From NCBI RefSeq assembly GCF_006345805.1, contig NC_043001.1:123628001-123692000 (forward strand): 64,000 nucleotides of DNA. Direction: 5' to 3'. A model generated the notes under the pieces. The model was not told where the DNA came from and did no database searches. It saw only the letters and a list, made by a program, of their open reading frames with translations. Positions 26,468 through 38,941 of the stretch are shown in pieces. A program made the position numbers and the translations under genes. The first letter of the stretch is position 1. Each line of letters starts with the position of its first letter. The stretch comes from Octopus sinensis. Lineage: Eukaryota.

Positions 26468-26844
26468 CCTGCCTGTCTGTCTCTGTGTGTTCTTCACTCA
26501 CTTTCTGTTGGTCTGTCTCTCTGTCTTTCTTTGCATATATATATATATATACACATGTATGAGTGTGTGTTTAGTATATGTAGCTATTTGTGTATCGTAC
26601 TTTCAATTTGATGTCCAGAAATTTGTACAAATTATCTTCAGAATCGTCATCATTCTTCAGCGCACTTCCGCACGAGTTGAGGAAGTAAACGACAAGATAT
26701 GTTGCAGACAGTGACATGGTCGCTTGATCATAAACACATAAGCTCACACAGACATATACATAACTGTATACAAACATATACATACATACACCCATACGTA
26801 TGTATGTATATATATATCTCTCTCTATGTATAAGTATATTCATT

Positions 26845-26910
<66 letters not shown>

Positions 26911-28041
26911 TATATATGTATGTATACATATATATATATGTATATATATATGTGTACATATACACATACTGGCAGACACATACACATGTGCTGTGATGAA
27001 TCGTCAAAGTAGCTGGACTAAAAACTAGCGAGTAGATTAATAGTCTGCACTTTGGAGATAGAAATCTCCCTTACAAAAGTTATTATATTCGCCAACGAAC
27101 GAAATATATAGATCCATATAAGATATTAGTTCACCAGGAAACTGAAAATACGCCATTCCATTCTGCTAGAAGAATAAGATGAAGATAAGATTTTGCTATG
27201 ATATCTAAATGGGTCACTGCATCTTTATAAATGCCAAGGTAACGAGTTTCTCCATAACATCTAGCATTGGTTAAGATGCTTAAACAAAATTCTTCGAAGT
27301 GTGGAATAAATATAATACAAAAGGTAAGAGCTATTTAGCCTCACCATCATCAATACACTCAGTCTAGAAACTATCAAAGACCGTATCAGTCGAATAAGTA
27401 TGACATCGACAGAATTAATAATTTAGTATATAAAAGCTTTTTGTCGTTATAATAAATCCAGAGACTACATGCAACCCGTTCACTGGTTGTATTTTGCTTA
27501 CATTCGTTTATATTAGGATTTATTTTAAAATGCGCTTCTCTTGGCCATTTATAGTTGGTTCTAGTTAACCAAGTTCAGAGAATAGTTAAAAATTATTACG
27601 CCACTTTTTATAAACAAAGAAGTGAAGCCTTTATGCGATATCTTTGCTTGAAATGATAGCAGTATGTCTCTCTCATATTACGACCTATTATCGTAAAAAA
27701 GAACATATTCGAGATATGTATAGTAAAGAAATTATAGGGTGTTCATGGCTGGAACAACTATGTCTGCACAGTAGTTGTTGGCTTGAAGTTTAATACAAAC
27801 TAAAAATTATTGATTTTGTTTACTTGATACTATAAAACATTTATTTCTAAGCAGGGTGTTGCGATAACCTACGGTATAGATTTTGGAACCCACAAATCTT
27901 TGAAAGCATCTAGGGTTCTGTGAGATAGGATTTCATGAAAATATCGTGTTCAGTGAAAAAGTGCTGGGTTCTGCTAGATAAAGTGGGATTTTAATGGAAT
28001 TTAATGAAAATGTATTTCATAAAAATGCAGTTATAGTTATT

Positions 28042-28401
28042 ATTACCTCTGCCTTAGCGAAGGTGGAGGTATTGTTTTCAGTCGTGTTTGTTTATTTGTT
28101 GGTTTGTCAGTGGATAAGATATCTCAAAAATCACAGGATAGATTCGGATGAAATGTTCAGGGATGTTTAGCCACGTGACAGGCACGAACTGATTAGATTT
28201 TGTGATTCTGGATTATTTTGCTGTATTTTTTTTTACTTAATTTTTCAAAGCGGTCGGGTTAATTTTTAGCATTCGCGTTTGTGAGAGCAGTCAAGTTTAT
28301 TTTAGATATTCTCATTTAAAAAAATCATCTCAGGATGAAAGGACGTAGAAAGGACGTTGGTGTTGCTTGGCGGAGGCTTGCACTCTCTAAGTGCTCTTGT
28401 T
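28042..28401 (+). mobile_element. Helentron-associated non-autonomous element (HINE, DINE-1-like)
   Basis: 5' subTIR ACCTCTGCC with nearby inverted copy GGTGGAGGT, GTTT-rich tract, 3' subTIR GGCGGAGG, hairpin GCACT-ctcta-AGTGC, T-rich ends. Confidence 0.75.
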
Positions 28402-28498
28402 ATTATTATATTATTATTATTTTATTATTATTATTATTATATTATTATTATTATATTATTATTATTATTATATTATTATTATTATTATTATCATTATT

Positions 28499-28585
<87 letters not shown>
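28402..28585. repeat. (ATT)n/(ATC)n compound microsatellite
   Basis: Direct reading. Confidence 0.95.
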
Positions 28586-28708
28586 GATTGAGAAAGCAGT
28601 GCATGCCATCAAAGTGACACTGGGGTAAAATATACAAAGCCCAGTATACCCATCATGTCTACACGTCTGATAAGAGTACACCAGGCACATGCATCACAAC
28701 CATATGTG
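28586..28708 (-). mobile_element. Terminal fragment of the ~550-bp (TAA)n-embedded repeat family
   Basis: Matches 30961-31085. Confidence 0.85.
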
Positions 28709-28727
28709 TATAACATTGGAGTCAAAG

Positions 28728-30480
28728 TAACCATCCAATATATGCTGTGGTTATTTGTGTTTGAATGAACAATGTGTCGATGTATGTATGTATCTACTTT
28801 TCTTTCGATCTACGTATGTGTCTACTCTGAAAATACTGAACATTTAAAAACACAAAATGAACGCCACCTTCCTTTCAGTCAACATTCAGTCTCTGTCTCA
28901 CTTTCTCTCTTTCACTCTCTCTCTCTGTTCCTTCTCTCTCTTGCTTTACCACTCGCTTCAACTATACCTCCCCTGCTTAACACCTTTTATTTGTCTTTTT
29001 CTTTGTACCTCTGTAACTGTAGAATATAACAGTAACATCCGCAGCTATTTGCCGAGAGAGAGAGGTAGAGAAAGAGAGAGAGAAAGAGACAGACAGACAG
29101 AGGGAGAGAGAGTGTGCGTGAGAGAGAGAGAGCCGCAGAGAAGATAACTGTGAGATAGATAGATAGAAAGATAGATAGATAGATTGATAGGTAGGTAGGT
29201 AGGTAGGTCGATAGGTAGATACATAAACAGACAAGCAATTTCCATATTTTCAACTGCTTTATCATATATCATCGAAAAGGAAAAGTTTTCCAGCTTTTTG
29301 TCTATGATGATATGAGAACGGTTTTATTGTATTTCAATATAATTCTGTATTCACTCCCTTCACTCAATCTATCTGTCTAACTCTCCCTTTCTCTGTCTTC
29401 CCCTACCTTCCCTCATCCCAGTCTACGACTGCTTACCTGTCCCTCAACCTCCTGCGTTCAACACGTTATCTCCGCTCTCCCCCCCTCTCTCTCTCTCTCT
29501 CTTCCTCTCCATCCCCTCTTCTACCTCTATGTCTCCTTGCCTCTCACAGATCTTCCTGCGGTAACGAAAGTAAAAGTGACATCCAATATTGGCTGTGGTT
29601 ATATGGCGTTGACTTAACAATGTGTCAATGTATCTGTGTATGCACTCTTCTTTCGATGCATGTAAGTGTCTACTCTGTAAATACTGATAAACATTCAAAA
29701 GTACAAAACGAACAGCACCTTCCTTTCGGTCACCACTTAAACTGTCTCTCACTTTCACTTTTTCTCTGCCACTCCCCCCTCTCGCTTTGCCACTTACTTC
29801 ATCTATACCTCGCCTGCTTCACACCTTTAATTTCCCTTTCTATTTGTAGTTCTCCGTTCAAATGTAGAAAAGTAATAGTAACACCCACAGCTATTTGTTG
29901 ATAGATAGATAGAAAAAAAGAAAGAGAGAGAGGGAGAGAGAGAGAGAGGGAGGGAGTGAGAGAGAGAGAGAGAGAGAGGGAGGGAGTGAGAGAGAGGAGA
30001 GAGAGGGAGAGAGAGGGAGGGAGTGAGAGAGAGGGAGTGAGAGAGAGAGAGAGAGGGAGGAGTGAGAGAGAGAGAGAGAGGGAGGGAGTGAGAGAGAGAG
30101 AGAGGGAGGGAGTGAGAGAGAGAGAGAGGCAGACAGTGAGAATAACTTAAAGATAGATAGATAAGTAGATAGATAGATAGGCAACATTTATTTTTGCAAT
30201 TTCCATATTTTCAACTGCTTTGTCATAAATCGCCGGAAACAAGTTTTCCAGCGTTTTGTCTGCGACAATTGTCTTTCACCATTATTCTGTATCCACTCCC
30301 TTCCTTCACTCAATCTATCTGTTTAACTCTTACCTCTTCTCCCCTCACTCTCTCTTCCCCTCCATCCCTCTCACTCCTCTATGTGTTTTTGCCTCGCATC
30401 ATCCTACTGCGTTTAACGCGTTATATTTGTTACCTGTCAATGCTATGAATCTCCTCTTTCTCACTCTCTGTCTATCCCTC
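28728..30480. repeat. Old tandem duplication, unit ~850-900 bp
   Basis: Paired anchors CATCCAATAT..GCTGTGGTTAT (about 28735/29580), GCTATTTG (29042/29890), GCAATTTCCATATTTTCAACTGCTTT (29234/30195); third partial copy near 30730-30840. Confidence 0.8.
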
Positions 30481-30486
30481 ATCTTT

Positions 30487-30720
30487 ACCTATTTCTTTAC
30501 TACCCACAAGGGGCTAAACACAGAGGTGACAAACAAGGGCAGACAAACGGATTAAGTCGATTACATCGACCCCAGTGCGTAACTGGTACTCAATTTATCG
30601 ACCCCGAAAGGATGAAAGGCAAAGTCGACCTCGGTGGAATTTGAACGCAGAACGTAACGGCAGACGAAATACGGCTACGCATTTCGCCCGGTGTACTAAC
30701 GATTCTGCCATCGCGCCGCC
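30487..30720 (-). mobile_element. SINE family D
   Basis: Reverse complement of 14554-14780. Confidence 0.9.
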
Positions 30721-30879
30721 TTATCCCACCTCTTTACCGTTTTGCTTCTCACTTCAGTTATACATCCTCTGCTTAAGTTTTATTTCTCTCTTTTTACTTC
30801 TTCTTTTGAAATAAGTGTGACACACATCAAAAATAAGTGCGCAGGTATTGGCATATTAGCATATTAATATTTATTATTA

Positions 30880-30934
<55 letters not shown>

Positions 30935-30960
30935 TTTATTATTATTATTATTATTATTTA

Positions 30961-31512
30961 GTGAGAGAGCAGTTCATGCCATCAACTTGACACTGGGGTA
31001 AAATATACGAAGCCCAATATACTCATCATGACTACCCGTCTGATAAGGGTACACCAGGCACATGCATCACAACCATATGTGCGCGACATGGTGATCTCAT
31101 ATCAAGATAAACAGCACATGACCTTGCAGGTGGGGCCCAGTTAGAATTTTCTTCAGGTTGAGTAGCCCATCCCGCTCAAAGGGTCCCTGAATAAGGGTTG
31201 TTTAAGGATGTTGAAAGAAACACCCATGTTTCCAGAGGTGAATTATTCAAACCTCAAAGAATCCCTCTCAACACATAGCTATGATGCTCCCCCACTATTT
31301 CTGCTCGTGATCAGAGATGCACATATCGTCAGCCATTAAGGGACATGCTCAACTGGTTAAGGTCAAACAACTGACAAGCAAATCTGTGGTATTGAGCAGA
31401 ATATTTGCTGTAGCCCATATTTTATACCAAGACAAAACAATGTACATGATAACACCTCCAATCAGTTAAGATCAGAAGCCATGAGAGCCACTGCCTGGTA
31501 CTGCATCAGGGC
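30961..31512 (-). mobile_element. ~550-bp non-coding repeat embedded in (TAA)n, full copy
   Basis: Flanked both sides by (ATT)n; four more copies or fragments in window; strand assigned as the TAA-reading strand. Confidence 0.85.
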
Positions 31513-31513
31513 A

Positions 31514-31583
<70 letters not shown>

Positions 31584-31596
31584 TATTATTATTATT

Positions 31597-31629
<33 letters not shown>

Positions 31630-31644
31630 AAAATTATTATTATT

Positions 31645-32176
31645 GAGTGAAAGAGCAGTGCATGCCATCAAAGAGATACTGGGGTAAAATATACGAAGCC
31701 CTCATGACTACCTGTTCGATAAGGGTACACCAGAAACATGCATCACAACTATATATGCGCATTTATCAAGATAAATAGCTCATGACCCTGCTGGTAGGGC
31801 CCAGTTAGAATTTTCTTCAGAGTTGAGTCGCCCATTCCGCTCAAAATGTCCCTGAAAAAGGTTCGTTTAAGGATGTTGAACAAAACATCCATACTTCCAA
31901 AGGTAAATTATCCAAACACTAAAGAATTCCTCTAAACACATGGCTATCATGCTCCCCCACTACTCCAGCTCGTGAACAGAGATGCACATATCGTTAGCCA
32001 CTAAGGGACATGCTCAACTGGGACAGATCTAGCAACTGACAGGCAAATCTGTGGTATTTAGTAGAATATTTGCTGTAGCCCATCTTTTATACTAACACAA
32101 AACACTGTACATGTTAATACTACCAATCAGTTAAGAACAGAAGTCATGACCCACTGACTGGTACTGCATCAGAGCA
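31645..32176 (-). mobile_element. ~550-bp (TAA)n-embedded repeat, second tandem copy with small deletions
   Basis: Colinear with 30961-31512; followed by ~260 bp (ATT)n. Confidence 0.85.
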
Positions 32177-32196
32177 TTTATTTTTATTATTATTAC

Positions 32197-32248
<52 letters not shown>

Positions 32249-32263
32249 ATTATTATTATTATA

Positions 32264-32387
<124 letters not shown>

Positions 32388-32526
32388 TATTATTATTATT
32401 ATTATCATCATTATTATTATTATTAATATTAATATTATTACTGCTATCTGGACCCGTGAAAAATTCACGGAAAATATAAATGTATCCTGATGCTATGAGA
32501 AATGTTTCCGTATCGTGGCCTTTAAA

Positions 32527-32720
32527 GGCGGCGTGCTGGCAGAATCGTTAGCACGCCGGGGAAATGCTTAGTGTTCTTTACGTTCTGAGTTCAGTTTCTG
32601 TCGAGGTCGTCTTTGCCTTTCATGCTTTCGGGGTCGATAAATTAAGTACTAGATGCGTACTGCGGTCGATCTAATCGACTGGCCTACAAAATTTCAGGAT
32701 TTGTGCCTATGATAAAAAAG
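32527..32720 (+). mobile_element. SINE family D-related copy
   Basis: GGCGGCGTGCTGGCAGAATCGTTAGC head; truncates the adjacent Helitron fragment. Confidence 0.8.
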
Positions 32721-32724
32721 TATA

Positions 32725-33460
32725 TTGCGACAGGGCCAGGACCAAGTGATGGTGTAACGTTGGCTCCAAATGAGGCGAATAAATACATTGAGATATAGTT
32801 TCTGATGTTATGTCTAAAGTCCATTCCTCCAATGTCGTTATACTCCACAAGTTGTTTTAAATGGTCACGATATTCTTAGAAACGTTACCATTATGGCAGC
32901 AATTATATGCTTCCTGCGGAAATCTACGTGCATGACAGTTCGGGCATACTACGTCCATCTCACCAATCGTAAATTGAGAATTTTGTTGTTGTTTTATTAT
33001 ATTCTGTCTTCTTATTTGAGTTCTGTCTGTCATAAGATAATTCTGTCATCTTCTTCCATATTTTCCCTTCTTTCTTGAACTCTGTTTCTCACATCTTGAA
33101 GGTAATTCTGCCTTGCATCTTCGTCCACATGTACCCTTTTTTTCTTAAATTCTGTTGCTCATACTTTCTGAGTACAGCTGCCTTTGCTCTTGACTCATGT
33201 GTTCTCGATACAGTTGATCTCTATCTCTCCTATTTTGAAAATAAACTTCTCTTTGGTCCTGGCTCATTTGATCTATCCATTGTTTCATGTCTTTCCCTCC
33301 TATACCATAGGATACGATCCCTCTCCCCTTGGTTTATTTCGTTTCTTCTCTGTCTCAGCCTCGCGCGACTTTGATTCCTTATTTCCTCCCACTGTTCCTC
33401 GCGTAACCGTTCTCTCCTTCGCTGACGCTCTCGTGCTACGTCCCTCATGCGATTATCCAT
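32725..33460 (-). mobile_element. Helitron RepHel N-terminal fragment (pseudogenised)
   Basis: R/E-rich start, then IGEMDVVCPNCHARRFPQEAYNCCHNGNV and FRHNIRNY..YLFASFGA..PGP (Helitron zinc finger and helitron-like N motif); putative 5' UTR intron 33470-33585 (AG|GTGAGT...AACAAG|). Confidence 0.85.
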
Positions 33461-34138
33461 ATTTTAAAACTTGTTATTAAAACAATAAATCTCCAAAACG
33501 ATTCAGAGTGTTTCAATTGAAAAACATACACGAATGTACTTGACAGCTTTTGTCTAAAAGGTGAAACTATTTCTGAAATACTCACCTAATATACAAGGAC
33601 ACAGTATATAGGATACGGGAATTAATTATATTGTAAGAAATTAAAAAGTAAAGGGAAAAAATAGAATTAATAATTTTGATTTTGTCTGGCTTTATGAATT
33701 AAATTTTTTTTAAAACTAATTTCGTCAATTGCTTGACAAAAGAAAAAATAAATTGTAAAAATCCTGACCAAAACAAAGAAATTCTAACTTAATAAAAATA
33801 TAGAAAGAGAAAGCTACGTTTATTTCCACCATGTGACACTTATCGCGCGCACACACAAAGACACAAATGCAGTCATATATATATATATATATATGTGTGT
33901 GTGTCTGTGTGTGCGTGTGTGTGTGTGTATGTGTGTGTCTTTTAGTATTATTTTTTAAATATAGAAAGAGAAAGAAAAAGTTGATTTCGAAAGCCAGTAG
34001 ATGATGTTTAGCTGAAGTGTAATTTAATAATTAAAACAAATTCAAAATATAAATTTCGGAACATAAAACTTACCATGTTATCTGGTGTATGCCCGAATTC
34101 AAATGGGTAGAAAACCTAAATGAAATATGTGTGTGTGT

Positions 34139-34200
<62 letters not shown>

Positions 34201-34689
34201 GTGGTTGGGCATTTAATAGCTAGGAGGTCAATTTCAGTTCAATCGTAGAAAGGAATTCAAATAATCAGCCACTGCGAAAAGACAGTTTCATGCTGTCATC
34301 TCTTTCTTTCTCTTTCACTCTCTCTCTCTTTCTCTCTCACTTCCTCTCTCCCTTGCTCGACACACGCGTCAAATTTAAGTATCATAATTTTTTCATTGAG
34401 ATTGTTGCGGTGGCCCAGTAGGTATGGGTGTTGAGCAGGAGTAATACAACACACAGGTGGTAGTTTCAAATCTCTTTCAGAAATTACAAGAGTTCTAGTT
34501 AAAAAATCTTATTTAGGCAACAAATTTTCTTTCAACAATTTCTTCCTCTTAAGCGTGACACACGCGTCAGGTAGGTCCAAAAAAACAAATTGGCGTATTA
34601 ATATTATTGATTATTATTTTACTTCTGAAAGCTTTCGATCTTACTTGCGTTTGTTGATTCTGTGAGAGCAGACAGCAACCTGTTGTCAG

Positions 34690-34984
34690 AGGCCTCACAG
34701 AGTTCCTTTCCATAAACTATAATCGTTGGTACTTGGATGTTAACTATCGTGCAACACACTCAACATCCAAGCACCAATCTCAAATTCCTAGCTGTCCCCA
34801 GTAGAGCAGTTTTGGGGGCCTGCTCTGCTCTCATATCAATTCCAGTTTCTTCGACATATTTCTCGAAATTGGCTGTTAGAGCTCCGAGTTCCCCTACAAC
34901 TACAGAGACAACAGTTACTCTCACCATCGCCCACATTCTTGCAATTTCATCTATTATTAGTCAGTATTTTTCCATATTTTTCCA

Positions 34985-34985
<1 letters not shown>
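34690..34985 (-). mobile_element. Dong/R4-like non-LTR 3' fragment
   Basis: EIARMWAMVRVTVVSVVVGELGALT..FEKY..IGI....KTALLGTARNLRLVLGC*; 5' end abuts (TAA)n. Confidence 0.8.
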
Positions 34986-35035
<50 letters not shown>

Positions 35036-35133
35036 CATCATTATTATTATTGTTATCATCATTATTATTATTATAATTATTATTATTATCATCATCATCA
35101 TCATTATTATTACTATTATTATGATTATTATTA

Positions 35134-35164
<31 letters not shown>

Positions 35165-35195
35165 TATTACTATTATTATTATTATTATTATTACT

Positions 35196-36888
35196 TTTTT
35201 TTTCTTCTTTCAAATTTTCTTCCATTTCTTGCCGAGTGTCTTCCCGATTCCTAGGGCAAAGAAACTCATAGTGTATATGGTAGGCCATTAAACCAACTCA
35301 GTAGTTCGTTCATTAAAAATTTTTTTTTTTAAAGTTAAATTAAAATACATGAGCAGCAACAGTTCTCACATCGACAATGCTCTTCTCAATACGTGTGATG
35401 TACCAGTTAAGACAATCTTTTGCACTTCTTGCAGGGATGGTAAGCCAGGGATCATTCTCATATAATTTTCGGTTCCTTCTTATCATTCCTAGTGCTCCTA
35501 CGATCACTGGTATTGTAACCGCCTTGAGATGCCACATTTTCTCAATTTCAATGAGTAGGTCTTTATATTTTCTGAGCTTGTCAAACTCTTTCGCTGAGAT
35601 ATTATGATCACAGGGGATGCTCATGTCGATCAATAAGCAAACTTTATTGTTTTGGTCTTTCACAACAATATCTGGTTTATTGACCTTGATGGTTCGGTCT
35701 GTATGTACTGGAAAGTCCCACAGAATGGTTACATTTTCTCCTTCAGTTACAGCCTCAGGGTGGTGATTATACCACTTGTCGGCAGTTTTGATATTGTAAT
35801 GCCGACTTATTAGCCAGTGGAGATATTGGCCAACTCTGTCATGTCTTAATTTATACTCCACTGGTGCTAAGACTTTACATCCAGAGATTAGGTGGTCCAC
35901 TGTTTCAATCATGTCGTTGCAGAATCGGCATTTTGGGTCTGCTCCATTTTTCATCACATTGGCCTGGTAGTTCCGGGTTAATAGGCTTTGGTCTTGAGCA
36001 GCCAGGATGAAACCTTCGCTCTCTGCTTTTAGCCCTGAGCTCCGCAGCCACTGATGGGTTTGCTTCTGGTCAACATCAGCTTGTTTGCTGCGGGTCACAT
36101 ATTTGCCGTGCAGAGGTTTCTCCTCCCACCTATCAGCCAATTGCTCGTGCGCTTTTTTCATTGCCATCATTTCACCTTCTTTGCAACAATAGTTGCCGTA
36201 CTTCCTCGGGTTGTTCAGTTTGGGTATCCTGCACGAAATCAATAGCAAATTTTTTGCTTTCCTTGATGATAGAATGAAGCTTCTTTCGTCTCTCGTGATT
36301 TTCCACGAGCTTTAGCATCCAGTCATTCGATATTTCGAGATATTTGGCCAGTCCAATTGTGGTTGTTTTGTAAGCTAGTTCAAATTGGATCAGGCCTCGA
36401 CCTCCTTGGGCTCTGGGAAGGTAAAGGCGATCTACGTCTGCCTTTGGGTGGTGCATCCTATTACAACTCAGCAACTTGCGTATTTTTCTGTCTATATTCT
36501 TTACTTCACTCATATTCCACACATTGTAGCTATAAGTAACAACTGGAACTGCTAAGGAATTTATAGCTAACACCTTGTTACGTGCATTTAGTTCAGATTT
36601 CAGGACTGCACGAACTCTCCTATAACATTCCTTCCTGATTTTGCATGCTGAATACCAGAGCCTTCATTTATCCCTAAATATTTGTATGTCTGTTCTTGCT
36701 CAAGCTCTCTTATGACTGTGTCAACATCTAACACGACTGAATTTGTGGTCTTCACTTTTCCTTTCTGGAAAGTGGCCTTGGCACACTTCTCAAGTCCAAA
36801 CTCCATCCCGATGTCATCGCTGAATGCTTTCACGGTGCGCAATAGGCCTTCAAGTTCATTATTGTCTTTACCATAAAGTTTTAAGTCA

Positions 36889-36889
<1 letters not shown>
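35196..36889 (-). mobile_element. 5'-truncated Dong/R4-clade non-LTR retrotransposon (RT thumb, CCHC finger, restriction-like endonuclease)
   Basis: Begins at DDLKLY; GMEFGLEKC, YKYLG, RLYLPR..GGRGL, CRFC...ETVDHLISGC, RHDRV, ILWDF, KPDIVV..LLIDMSIP, EK.RKY; few frameshifts; (TAA)n both sides. Confidence 0.93.
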
Positions 36890-36920
<31 letters not shown>

Positions 36921-36940
36921 TATTATTATTATTATCATCA

Positions 36941-36971
<31 letters not shown>

Positions 36972-36991
36972 CATTATTATTATTGTTATCA

Positions 36992-37022
<31 letters not shown>

Positions 37023-37033
37023 CATCATCATCA

Positions 37034-37085
<52 letters not shown>

Positions 37086-37096
37086 CATTATTATTA

Positions 37097-37545
37097 TGGT
37101 TTGGCTCAGGTGCGGTTTCATTCCTGGTAGGAAATATGTGGATAGCGGTTTACTACCTACAACCTTAGGTATCCACAAGATTTCAGCTGTCTTTCACGTG
37201 CTTAGAATGCTCCTGATAATCCTCACTGTCCCTAAGAGATATAGATTTCTGTAGATTTCTGAATATGGAGTATTCGATTATTTGGCTCACTTCTCAGCCA
37301 GCATTCTATTACTATTTTGTTTACATTTCTTTCCGAATTAATTATTTTTCTTTTGCACTTTTGAGTGCAAATTTTGTCCTGATCAATCGCTTGAGGACGA
37401 CCTGCCTCAGCTTGATCGGATACACCCTGCCTGCTGTGCGCAACACCGTTACTGTTAACTGTTCCAATCCCGTTAATGCAGTTGTGGCTATTGTTTAATT
37501 TTGACATCGCCCATTGAAAAGCAGCATTTGTAAGGGTGAGCAATT
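37097..37545 (-). mobile_element. Internally deleted Dong/R4-like element (ORF start fused to ORF end)
   Basis: NKIVIECWLRSEPN joined directly to HIQKS.LLGTVRIIRSILST* and a 3' UTR ending at (TAA)n. Confidence 0.6.
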
Positions 37546-37611
37546 ACCAGTATTTTATATCGTGACATCATCACTTGCCCAAGCTGCCAGGCAGCTACCC
37601 TTGCGCCTATT

Positions 37612-37717
37612 TGGTAACTTCAAACGAAGTTACATGAAAGTTATGTTTAAACGTGTCCAGAACTAGATGTAAGAAAACCTCTGGGCAGTTAACATAATAT
37701 AATATATATATATATAT

Positions 37718-37776
<59 letters not shown>

Positions 37777-37939
37777 TTATTTATATATATGAACATATAG
37801 TAACGCATATTTGCCATTTCAATATGGCTACCCCTATATATGTATATATATTTACATATATATACATATATAAATACATATACGTATACATACAAACATA
37901 TAAACATATTTATATACATACATACATACATATATACAT

Positions 37940-37970
<31 letters not shown>

Positions 37971-38057
37971 TGATGTTAACTGTCCAGGGATTTTCTTATA
38001 TTTCGTTCTGGACAAGTATAAACAGAAAATTCATGTAACTTCGTTTGAAGTTATCGA
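37612..38057. repeat. Inverted repeat (~85-bp arms) around a (TA)n spacer
   Basis: 37612-37694 versus 37973-38057; each arm holds hairpin TAACTTC-aaac-GAAGTTA. Confidence 0.85.
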
Positions 38058-38083
38058 ATCCAATAATAATAATAATGATAATA

Positions 38084-38125
<42 letters not shown>

Positions 38126-38160
38126 CAACAACAACAACAACAATAATAATAATAATGATG

Positions 38161-38237
<77 letters not shown>

Positions 38238-38640
38238 AAAAAGAAGAAGAACAGGAAGAAGAAGAAGAAGAAGAATCAATAGTACATACGTAGTAGTTAT
38301 AAAAAAATTGGAGTTAGATATCAACATCAAAAATAAGATAAACGACAACAAAAACAAAAGTAGTTGCAGGAAGAACTCTGTCATGTGAAGCAAAGACGCG
38401 CGTAAAATCGGCAGATGTAGCATATCATGAATTGCCGTGATACTCATAAAGCGAATAACGATGATAATAATAATAATAACTGATCCAGCAGATGTGATAA
38501 CAGCAAAAAATACTTCTTTAGTCAAGATCGTTGACGTTTTTAATAACCATGAACATTTGAAAGACAGAGAGAGATGCATATCAACAGAGTAAAAAAAAAA
38601 TAAGCCTACGATTAATATACCGCAATATTTTTGAAACCAA

Positions 38641-38860
38641 GACGACGAGCTGGCACAAACGTTAGCATGCCGGGCGAAAATTTTTAGCGTTATTTCGCAT
38701 GTCTTTAGGTTTTGAGTTCAAATTCCGTCGAGGTCAACTTTGCCTTTCAACATTTCGTGGTCGATAAATTAAGTACTAGTTGCGTAATGGGGTCTAGCTA
38801 ATCGACTGGCTCCCTCCCCCTAAATTTCGGGCCTTGTTCCTCAAAAAAAAAAGAAAGAAA
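38641..38860 (+). mobile_element. SINE family D-related copy
   Basis: GAGCTGGCACAAACGTTAGC...GAGTTCAAATTCC; A-rich tail. Confidence 0.8.
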
Positions 38861-38941
38861 ACAAATAGTGGGTAAACATTTCTGCTTAGTTAACTATCGA
38901 CTAGTAAAAAGACACAATTTAGACCGTATGCGCTTTATAGT

